Shown in pieces: positions 10,501 to 21,500 of a stretch of 64,000 bases of DNA (within the stretch, counting starts at the first letter, position 1; each line of letters begins with the position of its first letter). The notes below the pieces were generated by a model, which did not search any database, had not been told where the DNA came from, and saw nothing but the letters and a program-made list of their open reading frames with translations. The translations under genes were made by a program, and so were the position numbers. This stretch comes from a virus: the IMG/VR virus record IMGVR_UViG_3300037312_000927; one strand, 5' to 3'.

Positions 10501-10827
10501 TCAGGTTCTCTCTAAAACATCTATTTGTGCTTGGATCATATTATCATTGTCAGATGTTACGTAGATATACTCACCTGGAAATAATACTATTTTCGGGCAC
10601 TTACTGCTGCCGCCATATGGTATAGGGATTTCCTTGAATACTGGAATATAGTTATTCGAGGTATTCAGAATCTCCAATGTTACATTATGATCTGATTTAT
10701 TCGTAGAATCTACGTTTGCAAAAGTCCCTGAAAAAACAATGGATGTTGTGCCAATGGGGACTGGTCCGTAAAGCTGAGTTCTGGTCGATAGCGCTGATAC
10801 GTCAGCTCGTTTAAAGTTAGATGCCAT
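10501..10827 (-). CDS. Small tail-fibre/spike-associated virion protein
   Basis: 108 aa, paralogue-like of 9802..10128. Confidence 0.5.
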   Translation of the reverse strand: MASNFKRADVSALSTRTQLYGPVPIGTTSIVFSGTFANVDSTNKSDHNVTLEILNTSNNYIPVFKEIPIPYGGSSKCPKIVLFPGEYIYVTSDNDNMIQAQIDVLERT

Positions 10828-10835
10828 GTGTTATA

Positions 10836-11606
10836 TTAATTAGCAAATAGAAGGGAATAGATCAGTGCGTCATCCCCCTGGTTAGAATCTTTGAGATAAC
10901 TCATAGTGCTTACGTAAACTTCGAATTGATCTCCTACGGCCGGGACTATGCTGAGAGAGGTAGCCCATGCAACGAGCCCAGTCGAAGACCCTATGATATC
11001 TCTACAAATTCCAGCATTCACTCCAGTAGTAAACTGGAGGATATATTTACCAGAAGTGGCATTTGTAAGTAGTCCCCCGATCTGAGAAGACGTAAGATTA
11101 TTCGGGGTTGAGGAATCTATTGTCCCAGTTAACACTACAATTCCGTGGGTACTGAATCTCCAACTATAGTCACTGGATCTCACTGCTATTACCGGATTAC
11201 CGTTAGCATCCCCTGAATGGCACACATAAGCAGTAGCATTTGAGTTTGAAGGCGCGTCTAATTGATCCACTGAGTCCAAGTCACCCATGAGATCCACGAC
11301 TTTTTCAAAGTCATCTAGAGTCTCTTGCGTAACTCTGTTCTCGGCTCTAGAACCCTCTCTGAATGTCTGAGGGTCTGTGCCTTCTCTACCCCTAATACAC
11401 CCTGTGAACATGTTATTGACTCTGCCATGAACTTCTACCACTTCGATTCTATTGGCGGTTTCTAGGGTAATTAGGAAGAATTCACCTTCTACCGGGGTCG
11501 GGAACTTGGATCCATCCACTACACTGATAGTAGTATCGTAGGGGCTAATAGCTGCTGCTAACGTTGTCTTAGCGTTATTGGCGTATAGTCGTCTTGAGAG
11601 AGTCAT
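10836..11606 (-). CDS. Baseplate/tail fibre attachment protein
   Basis: YANNAKTTLAAAI...FP...E-V-V...RG-EGT N-terminal domain typical of myovirus tail proteins. Confidence 0.55.
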   Translation of the reverse strand: MTLSRRLYANNAKTTLAAAISPYDTTISVVDGSKFPTPVEGEFFLITLETANRIEVVEVHGRVNNMFTGCIRGREGTDPQTFREGSRAENRVTQETLDDFEKVVDLMGDLDSVDQLDAPSNSNATAYVCHSGDANGNPVIAVRSSDYSWRFSTHGIVVLTGTIDSSTPNNLTSSQIGGLLTNATSGKYILQFTTGVNAGICRDIIGSSTGLVAWATSLSIVPAVGDQFEVYVSTMSYLKDSNQGDDALIYSLLFAN

Positions 11607-11613
11607 GGTTGAA

Positions 11614-11976
11614 TCAAGGTATATTTATAATTTGGGTACTTGAAGACTGATTAGACATAGAAAAACTTAAGAAAGTTAGAGTATTTGTTATGTTTCTAAT
11701 TACGTCTGTTATATCACTGTCGAGGTCTAAGAGTATTTTAGCCTGATAGGATTTTACATATTTGTTCCCAAACATAGGTATTGCGATGCCTGTAAAAGTT
11801 TGCAGCCTCTGGTATTCATCGAGACTACAAACTCCTATATACCCCCCGAGATAGACATCTCCCGTATTCTCATATATGAAGACGTCTTTAGGCAGGGTGC
11901 CATCTGTTATTTCAGCGGTAAGTTCTATTTTACCGTCATTAGTTATCTGTGTTGTGACTGAAAGTGAGCTAGCCAT
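11614..11976 (-). CDS. Hypothetical virion protein
   Basis: Tightly packed in baseplate operon. Confidence 0.5.
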   Translation of the reverse strand: MASSLSVTTQITNDGKIELTAEITDGTLPKDVFIYENTGDVYLGGYIGVCSLDEYQRLQTFTGIAIPMFGNKYVKSYQAKILLDLDSDITDVIRNITNTLTFLSFSMSNQSSSTQIINIP

Positions 11977-12464
11977 TACGACACCTTAATAGTCCACTCG
12001 AAGTGGAGACTGAATTCACTGGTTTTATCGATTCCTGGAAAGCATTTGATATTAAACATGCTTCCACTAGAAGTAAATAACCCGGCTTCTGTAATTTTCT
12101 GTCCGTTACCCATGCCTTGGTCTAGATCCGTAATGAAAACAACACTAGGGATACTATTATTAAGTTGATAATATGTAGGTACCGTCATCAACTCACTGTA
12201 TAGACCTGTTAAATTCTGATTGACTACCTTAGGGAATAGTCCCTTAGGATCAACCGTTCCTCCAGTACCGACTCTAAAGCTGGTGATAGGATCCCAGGAT
12301 CCAGAAGAGGCGTATAACATTGATAGTAGCCTCTGCTTACTCACCAGCATAATCATATTCTTTTCATGGAATATTGTCTCTTTGGAACCATCGGCATAAA
12401 TTTTCTCTGCCAGCAGATCCCCTCTCAATTCCATTTGAGCTTTAGAATTTAATGCTAATTCCAT
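11976..12464 (-). CDS. Baseplate/tail-fibre anchor protein
   Basis: N-I...GTGG...ITEAGLF...K---F-L-FEWTI pattern of fibre-anchor domains. Confidence 0.55.
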   Translation of the reverse strand: MELALNSKAQMELRGDLLAEKIYADGSKETIFHEKNMIMLVSKQRLLSMLYASSGSWDPITSFRVGTGGTVDPKGLFPKVVNQNLTGLYSELMTVPTYYQLNNSIPSVVFITDLDQGMGNGQKITEAGLFTSSGSMFNIKCFPGIDKTSEFSLHFEWTIKVS

Positions 12465-14656
12465 TATTTAAGTTCCATTCTATGGGTCAAGGTCATTCCG
12501 TTTCTAGACCTAAGTATAGGAGTCCTATTCTCACTATCGGTATAGGTAGGTACATCGTTTATAGTAACTTGTGACATAGAGTTATTATAGCCTAAAACAG
12601 TTAATCCTCTAAGGAGATACAACGAGCTAGAACTGGCAATATGACCCCGGGTAGCTCTATGTTTAAACGAAATATTGAGGGGATCATCTTCTGAAACTAT
12701 GGAATACATTCCTCCTCGATCAATATTATTGCCAGTTACTAAATACATGCCTAGAGTCTCATCCTGAATTCTTACGCCTATCAAATAATCATTTTCAGTC
12801 AAATCTGAAGTTTGAAACGTAAACGTACGAAATCCCATGTCAGGCATGAAACTCCCCATATATCCTACATCACTGCCTCTTGTGCGGAAAATATCAAAGT
12901 TTTGTATCAGCTGGCTTATATCCGTTAAAGGTAAGCTTTCATCAACTGCTAGGCTATTTATTGACTCTGATAGACTAAACGGGTTAAACAGATCAAAATA
13001 CCATTCACTAACATCCGGGGTATATATACCTGCTTCGTCACACTTGCTAGCTAAATCGGACTGAGTAGTAATATATAGGGGAACCAATGCCATCCCGGGA
13101 GGTATATTAAAAATAGTACGCAAATGGTGACTAGGGCAACCTACAGCATCTTGCCCTATTTCTTCTAGAGGCCTCGTACTTCTAGAGAACTGAATACGAC
13201 CTCTAGGAAAGGTCACCGTCTCAACGCCTCGATTCAATATAGTATTGAGCCATGCTTTTTCAACATCAGTATTGTCCCTGTACTGGATTTGAGGGTTTAT
13301 AAACCCAGTAGAAGTGCCGTCCATAAATGGGATAGGATCACCATTGACATAAACATCGGTACCGCACATACGAGATACATAATTAGGTATTGAATACCTC
13401 AAAAACTTGGCCTCATCCCTTGTATGCGCTACATCAGTTTCACTACGGGTAAAGTGTTCGATGCCCGTAAGTACATCCTCATGGCGTTTAATATCCCTAC
13501 GTTGGTTCAGGGATTCGCTTAGTGTTAAAGTTTCATCATTAGGAATCGTCCAGATATAAATCGGGCTCGTGTGTGCCGGTTTAGCTCTACGGATAACATC
13601 TGATAATTGTAGGAACGCTTGGTTGTTTTTAAATTCAGCAACATTAACATTTACTAGGAATGTATGCTTCTTTAAATAGGTCCTCATTAGGTAATCGAAG
13701 TGACTACCCTCAGTAGCATAACGACTCTCTTGACCCTCAGGTATGCCGGGTATGATAGACGCTGGTATTCTCAGATTTATCCACCAATCACCATCATTGA
13801 TATAGTCCTTTATCTCAACCCATTTGGCCAGTTCATCGCCAACATTGAGGATATCGCCGACCTGAGTGGTAGGAGCCAGACCATACGGGATGAGATATTG
13901 GTTGGAATCCGTCACCACTATATATTGGTCTGTCTCAAGGTACTTACGGACGTCCAGGACCGTTTCAGTGCCTCTAGCAAGGGGTACCCCTAGGCAGAGA
14001 TTTAAACCTTTACGCAAGAGCTCTAGAGTAGGTCCATTCAGATATATATAGTACAGCCCATAGACTAAGTTTTTGAAAGCATCGGTACTAGTCTCCGGAT
14101 CAAGTCCGAGTATGGCTCCATAATTTTTAGAGATCCATCTTTCGTCAATTTCCGTATCCACAAACCATAAGGCGTATTCCCTCGTAGACTCATCATTCAA
14201 AAGACGGGTGGAGAATCCAGCATTGGAAATATCTTGTGCGAATCTAACTCGAAGTTCACCAGTGTCAGTTTGTTCGATTCTAAAGTCTACATCGTCTTCC
14301 AACAAAGTAGTCGGCAGTAGAGGTCTATTAGCAATGTATCTGGAGCTGAGGATATCTGCAGGCAGCTTATAAAGGTTTACCTGTCCTTCAATCTTGTCGG
14401 TACTTTTTATCGTTACAAGTTTAAGGGCCTGATTCAAAGTCGTCTGGATATCTTCAAGACTAATAGTGCTAGTGAGCTGTAGAAATTTGCTATAGGCGTC
14501 ACTGGATGCTTGGGCATTAGACTCCAGAAGTAAATTCACCCTCGATGTATCCTGGAACATCATTGAAAAGAAATCGCTAATACCGTATAAATACGCCATA
14601 TTAGCAGAGTTATTTCCGATATCTAAACCTGAGGGTGAAAATGAAGATCTTGCCAT
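12464..14656 (-). CDS. Baseplate wedge protein
   Basis: 730 aa directly after baseplate J-like gene; LNLCLGVP and KPAHT motifs of wedge subunits. Confidence 0.55.
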   Translation of the reverse strand: MARSSFSPSGLDIGNNSANMAYLYGISDFFSMMFQDTSRVNLLLESNAQASSDAYSKFLQLTSTISLEDIQTTLNQALKLVTIKSTDKIEGQVNLYKLPADILSSRYIANRPLLPTTLLEDDVDFRIEQTDTGELRVRFAQDISNAGFSTRLLNDESTREYALWFVDTEIDERWISKNYGAILGLDPETSTDAFKNLVYGLYYIYLNGPTLELLRKGLNLCLGVPLARGTETVLDVRKYLETDQYIVVTDSNQYLIPYGLAPTTQVGDILNVGDELAKWVEIKDYINDGDWWINLRIPASIIPGIPEGQESRYATEGSHFDYLMRTYLKKHTFLVNVNVAEFKNNQAFLQLSDVIRRAKPAHTSPIYIWTIPNDETLTLSESLNQRRDIKRHEDVLTGIEHFTRSETDVAHTRDEAKFLRYSIPNYVSRMCGTDVYVNGDPIPFMDGTSTGFINPQIQYRDNTDVEKAWLNTILNRGVETVTFPRGRIQFSRSTRPLEEIGQDAVGCPSHHLRTIFNIPPGMALVPLYITTQSDLASKCDEAGIYTPDVSEWYFDLFNPFSLSESINSLAVDESLPLTDISQLIQNFDIFRTRGSDVGYMGSFMPDMGFRTFTFQTSDLTENDYLIGVRIQDETLGMYLVTGNNIDRGGMYSIVSEDDPLNISFKHRATRGHIASSSSLYLLRGLTVLGYNNSMSQVTINDVPTYTDSENRTPILRSRNGMTLTHRMELK

Positions 14657-14657
14657 T

Positions 14658-16628
14658 TTAGTTGATTGATATATTATTTGCTGCTATGTTCTGGGCGTGT
14701 GTAGCGACCGAGTCTAATAGAAATACGTTAGTTCTATCATTCGGGTCAAGGATATCTGTGATAGTCCCTGTTTCTACCTCGATTAAGTCTCTGGTATATT
14801 TCTTATAAGTTACATTAGGGGGGTTCTGTATGTTAACGATTCCATTTAACCTTAATTGTGACATCATGTCACTCATTACGAACATATCTCCCAAATCTAG
14901 GCTAGTTAGGTAACTTTGAATTACCGATTCTACTACTGATACATCTGGGACCGTAGAATTATAAGATGTAACTTCAACACTTAGTTTATAGAAATTAAAT
15001 CCTTTTGCCAAGTAGTCTGCACAAAGAACTCTATTGGTAGGGTCATCTAAATAATTTTGAATAGAATCCAAATTCTGGAAATATCCTATATCAAAACTTG
15101 CAGTGCTATTGGCATATGCGGTACCGAAATCTATTACTAAAGACTGTCTTTCACTGAATCCAAAATCATTCCAAGGGGTGACGAACTTAACAGTCATACC
15201 TGTATCAGTGGACACAGTGGATAAAGTAGATGGTAGATCAAAGGTAAATTGATGTTCATTAACTACCTCTTTAACCAACCAAGTCCCATTGAACCCTGCA
15301 GTAGAGGATCCGCTTATGACTACGCTACGACCTGCCACGTATCCGTGGTTAGTTACAGTTACCAACGCATAAGATCCCTGCCCATCGATTTCTGTAATGG
15401 ACTTAGTCTCTAAATAATCATTATAAGAAGTGAAAGTTGCAGAGAATGGTATTTGATCCGCGTCGCTCCCACCAGATATACTGCTTCTACTGAACTCATA
15501 TATCGGGCCAGTAAGATTTACTTTTCCAAATTCGTCTGTAGTTAACTGCACGGTAGATTTTGCTAAAGTATCAGAACAGAAAATATCAACCATACCTCCG
15601 TTGTGCACGGTAATAGGATCATTTATATCTACGATAGAAGGTAGAGCGGTTATAACACCTGGATCAGAGACTAGCGGGAAGTTGAACGTAGAAGTGTCCG
15701 TCACTGTAATAGTGTAATCTCCATTATATCCTGAAGGTATAGCCTCGGATACAGTAATCCTCTGACCAGTCTTGTAACCGTGATCAGGCATGGCCACAAT
15801 AGCTATTGATCCGTTATATACAATAGATGCGGGAGTTCTCGGAATGCTAGGCTCGAATACCACTCTGATTTGATCCCTGATCATTTCCGCATCCCCCATA
15901 CCTACTACCAGTAGGCGATCGATATAGTTGAACTCTGCTTTGAGATTAGAGTCCACGCTTGGTACATTGATGAGGTTACGGGTGGAGATTGCGGTCTTAG
16001 ATCTATTTATAAATTCAGAATTAGTCTCGCTATTTATACTCTCACTCTTAAGGTAGTTAATTTCTGCCCTCAAGAAGTAAGGATCGAAGTTACTGAAGTA
16101 CAACAAGGAACCCGAGGAAATGTTATAATCCGTACCTTCTTTCTCGGCTACGAGCTCAATATCTATGTAATATTCATTACTATATGAGTCGAACGTCATT
16201 GCGTCAGCAGAGTACGAAATTGACTCTGAGGGTAAAAACTTAATGGTGTTATCGGTAGAGAAGTAAGTTGACGAGCTGACGCTGACATTCTTTTTACGGG
16301 CGAAATAAAGCCTAGCGCTGATAACGCTCTTGATACCAATCTTACGAGTAAGGAACCAGTTACTCAGAATAGAGTCCAGAACTTCTGTGGGCGTGCTATC
16401 ATCTACCCCGTTAAGAGTATTCTGAGTGAAGTACTGATCAACCCCCTTCTTAACCAACGTTAAAAGTAGGGCACTAGGTCTTAGCACCAGGTCCCGAAGA
16501 CCCGTACCTTCACGTAAATCTAAGTCTGGGAATTGGGCTTCCAGTATCTGCTTACATAGCAGTTCCGCCTCTAGGATTTCCTGAGAGGTCGGTTGAAGCC
16601 CGGGGATTACTGAATATAAGTCTGACAT
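14658..16628 (-). CDS. Baseplate J-like wedge protein with two inserted beta-barrel domains
   Basis: PDLDLREGT-LRDLVLRP N-terminus, A---G--YNI, E---E---R; inserts HGYKTGQRITV and HGYVAGRSVVI. Confidence 0.75.
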   Translation of the reverse strand: MSDLYSVIPGLQPTSQEILEAELLCKQILEAQFPDLDLREGTGLRDLVLRPSALLLTLVKKGVDQYFTQNTLNGVDDSTPTEVLDSILSNWFLTRKIGIKSVISARLYFARKKNVSVSSSTYFSTDNTIKFLPSESISYSADAMTFDSYSNEYYIDIELVAEKEGTDYNISSGSLLYFSNFDPYFLRAEINYLKSESINSETNSEFINRSKTAISTRNLINVPSVDSNLKAEFNYIDRLLVVGMGDAEMIRDQIRVVFEPSIPRTPASIVYNGSIAIVAMPDHGYKTGQRITVSEAIPSGYNGDYTITVTDTSTFNFPLVSDPGVITALPSIVDINDPITVHNGGMVDIFCSDTLAKSTVQLTTDEFGKVNLTGPIYEFSRSSISGGSDADQIPFSATFTSYNDYLETKSITEIDGQGSYALVTVTNHGYVAGRSVVISGSSTAGFNGTWLVKEVVNEHQFTFDLPSTLSTVSTDTGMTVKFVTPWNDFGFSERQSLVIDFGTAYANSTASFDIGYFQNLDSIQNYLDDPTNRVLCADYLAKGFNFYKLSVEVTSYNSTVPDVSVVESVIQSYLTSLDLGDMFVMSDMMSQLRLNGIVNIQNPPNVTYKKYTRDLIEVETGTITDILDPNDRTNVFLLDSVATHAQNIAANNISIN

Positions 16629-16679
16629 ATGGATAAGGGTTAAGTGGTTTATTGACTAGTTTAACTGTTTACCTTGTGC

Positions 16680-17180
16680 TCAATCCCCGTTCAGTTTCAA
16701 GTCTAACTGAGGGAATGGTATAGCTACTTGGGCTTTTGCTCCAGCTTTTGTCAAAATACGAAGATATATTGTCACAGATTCTGAACCGGTATCTAGGCCT
16801 AGAATGGTCACCGAGTCTAATTGGCTGGCAACATCGGTGCCGATGTTCAGGATACGTTTGACCTGGCTTTCGGCAGAGCGTATCTCCGTTACGAGATCCG
16901 CCATGAACACGGAATCGTCTTCGGTAATGTTAGCGTTTACTGTAAGTGTAGGGAAATTGGTACCCTGGTTAGGTGATAAAACGTTAGACCCTAAACTAGT
17001 AAAAAGAATTTTTACAAACATTTGAGCCACTTTTTGAATCCCCGTCACTTTTCTAGGAGTGTCGTCTATATCAAAATCCAATAGCCCTTCTGGAAACCCA
17101 TCTCCATACTTTATAAGTAGCAGATCGTTTAATCCCCCTTGAGCTAGGTTAGTGGAAATACCTAATCTAGTACTACTCAT
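16680..17180 (-). CDS. gp25/gpW-like baseplate wedge protein
   Basis: GIQKVAQMF-KIL-T--GS----P--GT pattern; position before baseplate J. Confidence 0.62.
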   Translation of the reverse strand: MSSTRLGISTNLAQGGLNDLLLIKYGDGFPEGLLDFDIDDTPRKVTGIQKVAQMFVKILFTSLGSNVLSPNQGTNFPTLTVNANITEDDSVFMADLVTEIRSAESQVKRILNIGTDVASQLDSVTILGLDTGSESVTIYLRILTKAGAKAQVAIPFPQLDLKLNGD

Positions 17181-17578
17181 GGTGCATCTCCCTCCACATA
17201 AATTCCACCTAACATGCTAACCCAGAAGACTTTCATATTCGCATAATAGTCACTTTCACGGTTAGCTTCAGCAGAAGCGTCTGTGTAGTAATCACTCTTC
17301 CTTTTACTTGAAATATCAAACTCTCTAATAAGTGCCGCCATTTGGTGAACATTCTCAATAGCAGCACCGTTCTCATAACTGGCCGAATCATCAGCCCGTA
17401 TATAGGTCATGCGATGAAGCTCCGAATAATCCAGGGCATCAATAACGTCACTGAACTCAGGAGGTTCAACGCTCCCAGTATCGTCTTTCAAATACTTGTA
17501 CAAGTCATTATAGTACCCTGCCAATTTATCATTGGAGGTCTCTGCTTGTCCTAGTGCGCTGTTGGAATCTAATGGCAT
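17177..17578 (-). CDS. Hypothetical protein
   Basis: Coupled ORF in late operon. Confidence 0.5.
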   Translation of the reverse strand: MPLDSNSALGQAETSNDKLAGYYNDLYKYLKDDTGSVEPPEFSDVIDALDYSELHRMTYIRADDSASYENGAAIENVHQMAALIREFDISSKRKSDYYTDASAEANRESDYYANMKVFWVSMLGGIYVEGDAP

Positions 17579-18303
17579 TAATACATCCCGCTTTCAGATT
17601 TGATACGCATAATCTTTTTTTCAAGGTTCTTTTTGAGGTAGTTGAGTCGGTTGACATTTACCCCCATCTTCTCCGCTAGAGCAGTTGAACTAATGAGTTT
17701 AACATTGTCCAGGATAATTTTTTCCTCAGGGGTTAGTTGGCTCATCAGATGTTCCATCAGAATTGCACCCTCATTAAACTGAGTGTACTCTCCCGGTTTT
17801 TCACTGCTACTCTCGATAAGGTCATTATATAGAGAGTTCTTGAACTTCACGGTCTGAGGCTTGGACCATCCTAGTTTCTTCGATAATTCTTCATCCGTAG
17901 GATCACGGTTCAGCTCATCTCTAAGAGAAGTGATGGCATGGTTATAATCATGGAATTTAAGCTGCAGATTCTCGGGGAGGCGGACTGCGTTTTGGTACTT
18001 ATAATTCATACGGCGGACCTTCTGCAGATAGTTACTTACATGAGTAGCCAATGCTGACCCTTTTGAAGGGTCATAAGTTTGAATCGCCTTGATAGTCCAT
18101 TTTTTAGCTTCAGCAGTTAGGGCTGCACTTGGTAGGCTACCGCTAGCCCGCTTCACTTCGGCACGGATAACTGGCATAAGAGACTCCATAAGAGCCCCTA
18201 AATGCCTTTTATCACCAGTGCTTTTCCAGCTCTCATATGCCTGTTGGTCTTTGTTTCTAAGTTCGTTAAAATATTGAGCTGTTGTTAAGTTCGGATCGGT
18301 CAT
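17578..18303 (-). CDS. Phage RNA polymerase sigma factor (sigma70 family, FliA/SigF-like)
   Basis: Region 2 AIQTYDPSKGSALATHV, VRLP, region 3 ELNRDPTDEELSKKLG, C-terminal HTH. Confidence 0.85.
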   Translation of the reverse strand: MTDPNLTTAQYFNELRNKDQQAYESWKSTGDKRHLGALMESLMPVIRAEVKRASGSLPSAALTAEAKKWTIKAIQTYDPSKGSALATHVSNYLQKVRRMNYKYQNAVRLPENLQLKFHDYNHAITSLRDELNRDPTDEELSKKLGWSKPQTVKFKNSLYNDLIESSSEKPGEYTQFNEGAILMEHLMSQLTPEEKIILDNVKLISSTALAEKMGVNVNRLNYLKKNLEKKIMRIKSESGMY

Positions 18304-18497
18304 TTATACACACTATAGTTAGAGTAAATCGCATTTACATAACCTACTATATAGGCTTGGAGTTTATTACTGAACTGCTGATTTACGAAGCAATCTTTTG
18401 CAATAGAAGTCTCCGAAAGAAGACTATTCTCTATTATAGCCGAAGGGATATTAGACCCCCTCGGTAATCCTGAATCTACTTTAATAGTATCACTCAT
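18300..18497 (-). CDS. Hypothetical protein
   Basis: Fills gap between coupled genes. Confidence 0.4.
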   Translation of the reverse strand: MSDTIKVDSGLPRGSNIPSAIIENSLLSETSIAKDCFVNQQFSNKLQAYIVGYVNAIYSNYSVYK

Positions 18498-18500
18498 ATA

Positions 18501-21500
18501 TCAATCCCCGTTAACTAACGAACTAATCTCACTATAATCCAGGAACATACTTGCACCTGGCTCTAAAGTCATGTCAGTGACCGCAACCTTGTTTTGGTAC
18601 GTTACTGAAGTACCATTGTAGTTCTGTTCAGTTAGATCTATAAACTTCAGACCAAATTTAGATTCAATACTCTTTTTGCCTTCAATTTGTCTTGCTACCA
18701 ACCTCAGATTACCAACACCTGTCAAGTTAGGGTTGCCCTCTCCTCCATTTTTGGGTGATCTATCTGAGTGAGAGGATCCTTCAGTCCAGTTACCGTTATG
18801 TCTAGCCACTGGTGAAACCTGACCTGTCTCGAAGTTGTAAATCAGCCCCGGATCAGCACTACATACACCTAGAACGCTTCTATAAAACTTGTCGGCGATT
18901 TCCTTGGCCCGAGGATTATCTATAATACCTTGTTGAATGCTGGTTATATCACCAGTGTTACTATCATAGGCCGGGTCTGGTGTAATACCTAAAAGGGACG
19001 CCTTGTCTAATGTAGTATCCCCACTGATAGCAGTAGATGCGTCAGTAGCCGTGTCTCCTCCACTAGTCAGGCTAGAACCCCTCTCTACGTTTACTAAGGA
19101 TAATGCGGTTTTGAGCCACGGATGGATCGGCTGCATATAGTAATTACTAAGCTCGGTATAGGTAGAAGCCGCAACAAAACCAATCGTAGTTCCAATTCCA
19201 CGTGCGCTGATAGAGTGGGTCACGCTGGCACACATCGCATGGAAGCACGGGTGGTTAGGGCTACCATCAATGATATCCATTGGATACCCAGGAACAACAT
19301 AGGGATTGAATAAGCCGTACACAGAACCATTTCTACTACTTGCGACTGCTTTGGCATATTCGTAGTCCGCAGTAGCGAAAAGGAGACGTTCATAAGCCAT
19401 AATGTTACTCTTTATAGAGTATGGATCTAAAGTATCCTTGCTGTTATCGCGGCTTACCGTAACATTACCGCTATCGTCTACCAAACTGCTATATCCATAT
19501 TTTTGAATCCATGCATAGTGGAGGTCTAACAAATTTTTAGCCTCTACGGATCCTTTCTCTGGGAACTCGGAATCGCTATTGGATGCGCGGTTATCATCCT
19601 GGTCTTTTACGAAGTGTGAAAGCCAGTTAGGCATAGCAATCTTACGGTGAGCAATTCCCCTTCCCATTTCGTATTTACCGGGGATATTAAAACTACTGCC
19701 AGTCGTATCTCTAAGGGTCGGTTCGTTAGAATTATCCGAAGCTCCAAGAACCTTCCTACCTAATGCAATAGACTCCCGAATACTCTGAGGGGCTCGATAG
19801 TTAATACCCATTAAATTAGGATTATCTGCAGCCTGACTTGCTGCGGTTCCTACTGCAGTAATACGAGTTGGAACATCGCTCTCATTCTGATTTACATCAA
19901 CTGTATGGAACATATTCGGCAGAATTACATTACAAATAGGGGAGTAGTAGAATGGAATCTGCGGCTTAACGATAGTTTCTACTGCCATCTTGTCGACTTT
20001 AACCCAGTCCTCGGGAGTGTCCGGGTCAGCGTCAACCGAAGGGTCGATCGGTACTTCACCTGGGCTTGATAAAGTCAACATCTCATACTCAATGCCATAA
20101 TAAAAATTAGCAAATAGGTCATAAAAATTGGCTAGTTCCCCACTGAATCCTAAGGAAGATTTAAGGTTATTAACCACAAGTTGAGTCTGCACCGCACTCT
20201 GGATGCCTACACGAAATGCTGGGGGAAGCATTACATCGTTTTTGTTAAGTTCGGGCCTTGAGCTATCGTTACAATAGGGAACTCTACCTGCATCAATCTG
20301 ATCTTCCAGAACTGGGTGTCCACTAAGTCTATCGAAGAATCGGATCCCATCCTCCATCAGAGGTACGAACATCTTGTTGAAGATAACATTCAGTTTCTCA
20401 TCAGCATAGACCTCCATTTTCACCTGATTCCACATATTCATAATAGTGGTAGGCATACCCACCATACGTTCCTTAAGTGCTTCGAAACGTTTATCAAGCA
20501 TGGTAGGATCAGCAGTTAGGACATTGCTGTTGGACGGGGAGATTAAATCTTTGGGATCACTTTGAACCCCGGTGATGCCTTGTAGAGCCCTAGCCAGTGA
20601 ATACTCGCTGTTGAAGTTATTAATCTGAACCGAAGCTTGATCCGGATTATTATCAGTGAGATTGGCACCCTGGATGGCATGAGCAGCACCCCCTCCACTC
20701 CATTCGAAGGTGAGTTGTCTGAGAAGGGCATTCTTATGAACACATTCAAACGAAATGCTAGCCCCTCCCTCTGCTTGGCTATAATGGTAATTACAAGCTA
20801 TGATATGGCCCCAGAAAAGGAGGCGATACCCACCAGTTATCCTATCTTCATAAAATACATGAACTTTCGGTTGGTAACCTCTGATGATATCCATAAGGCC
20901 TGAATTAGGAGGAATCTGAATAGATGCCCCAGGAAGTTGTCCAATGCTTTGGCTAATACTAATACTTTCGAATGGAACCTGAACACCTTCAATATAAAGG
21001 CTAACGTCCTGAACCAACACATCAGTAGAATCATCCTCAGCAGATACAGGTAATCCTTCCTCGACCCCTTTAATGGAGATAGTCTTAGCATAAGGGCTGG
21101 GACTAGACGTTGAAAAAGTTCCAGATGTTACAACAGGTAGGGGTAAGGCCGTGTCGGAAGCTACGGCATTAGCCTTATCAGCCATGGCTTTTTCTATAAC
21201 ACTAGAATTGATTTGACTTATAGTACTATTTAGATAATTATTAGTAGTGCTATATGCGGTAGAGATACTAGAATCAGCAACACGGCTAGTGTCCACGAGT
21301 TTAGCCACTCCAATATTAGTTGCATCCGAGTATAGGGCTGAGTTTGTTTTATTGATAATTTGGCTGTATGAATCCACGCCTGACGACAAGGATTCCTTCG
21401 TATATCTCTGGATATCAAACAAGGTGTTATCAGATCCAGGTAGACTCGACAGTACATTGGAGTCTATGCCGCTTATAACCTGAGTAGCATATGAAGAATA

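Noticed and set aside
14658-16628. Link between E1-FCCH-like inserts in baseplate/sheath and the Ubl cassette
   Set aside because: Such beta-barrels are common in virion proteins; the resemblance gives no functional connection
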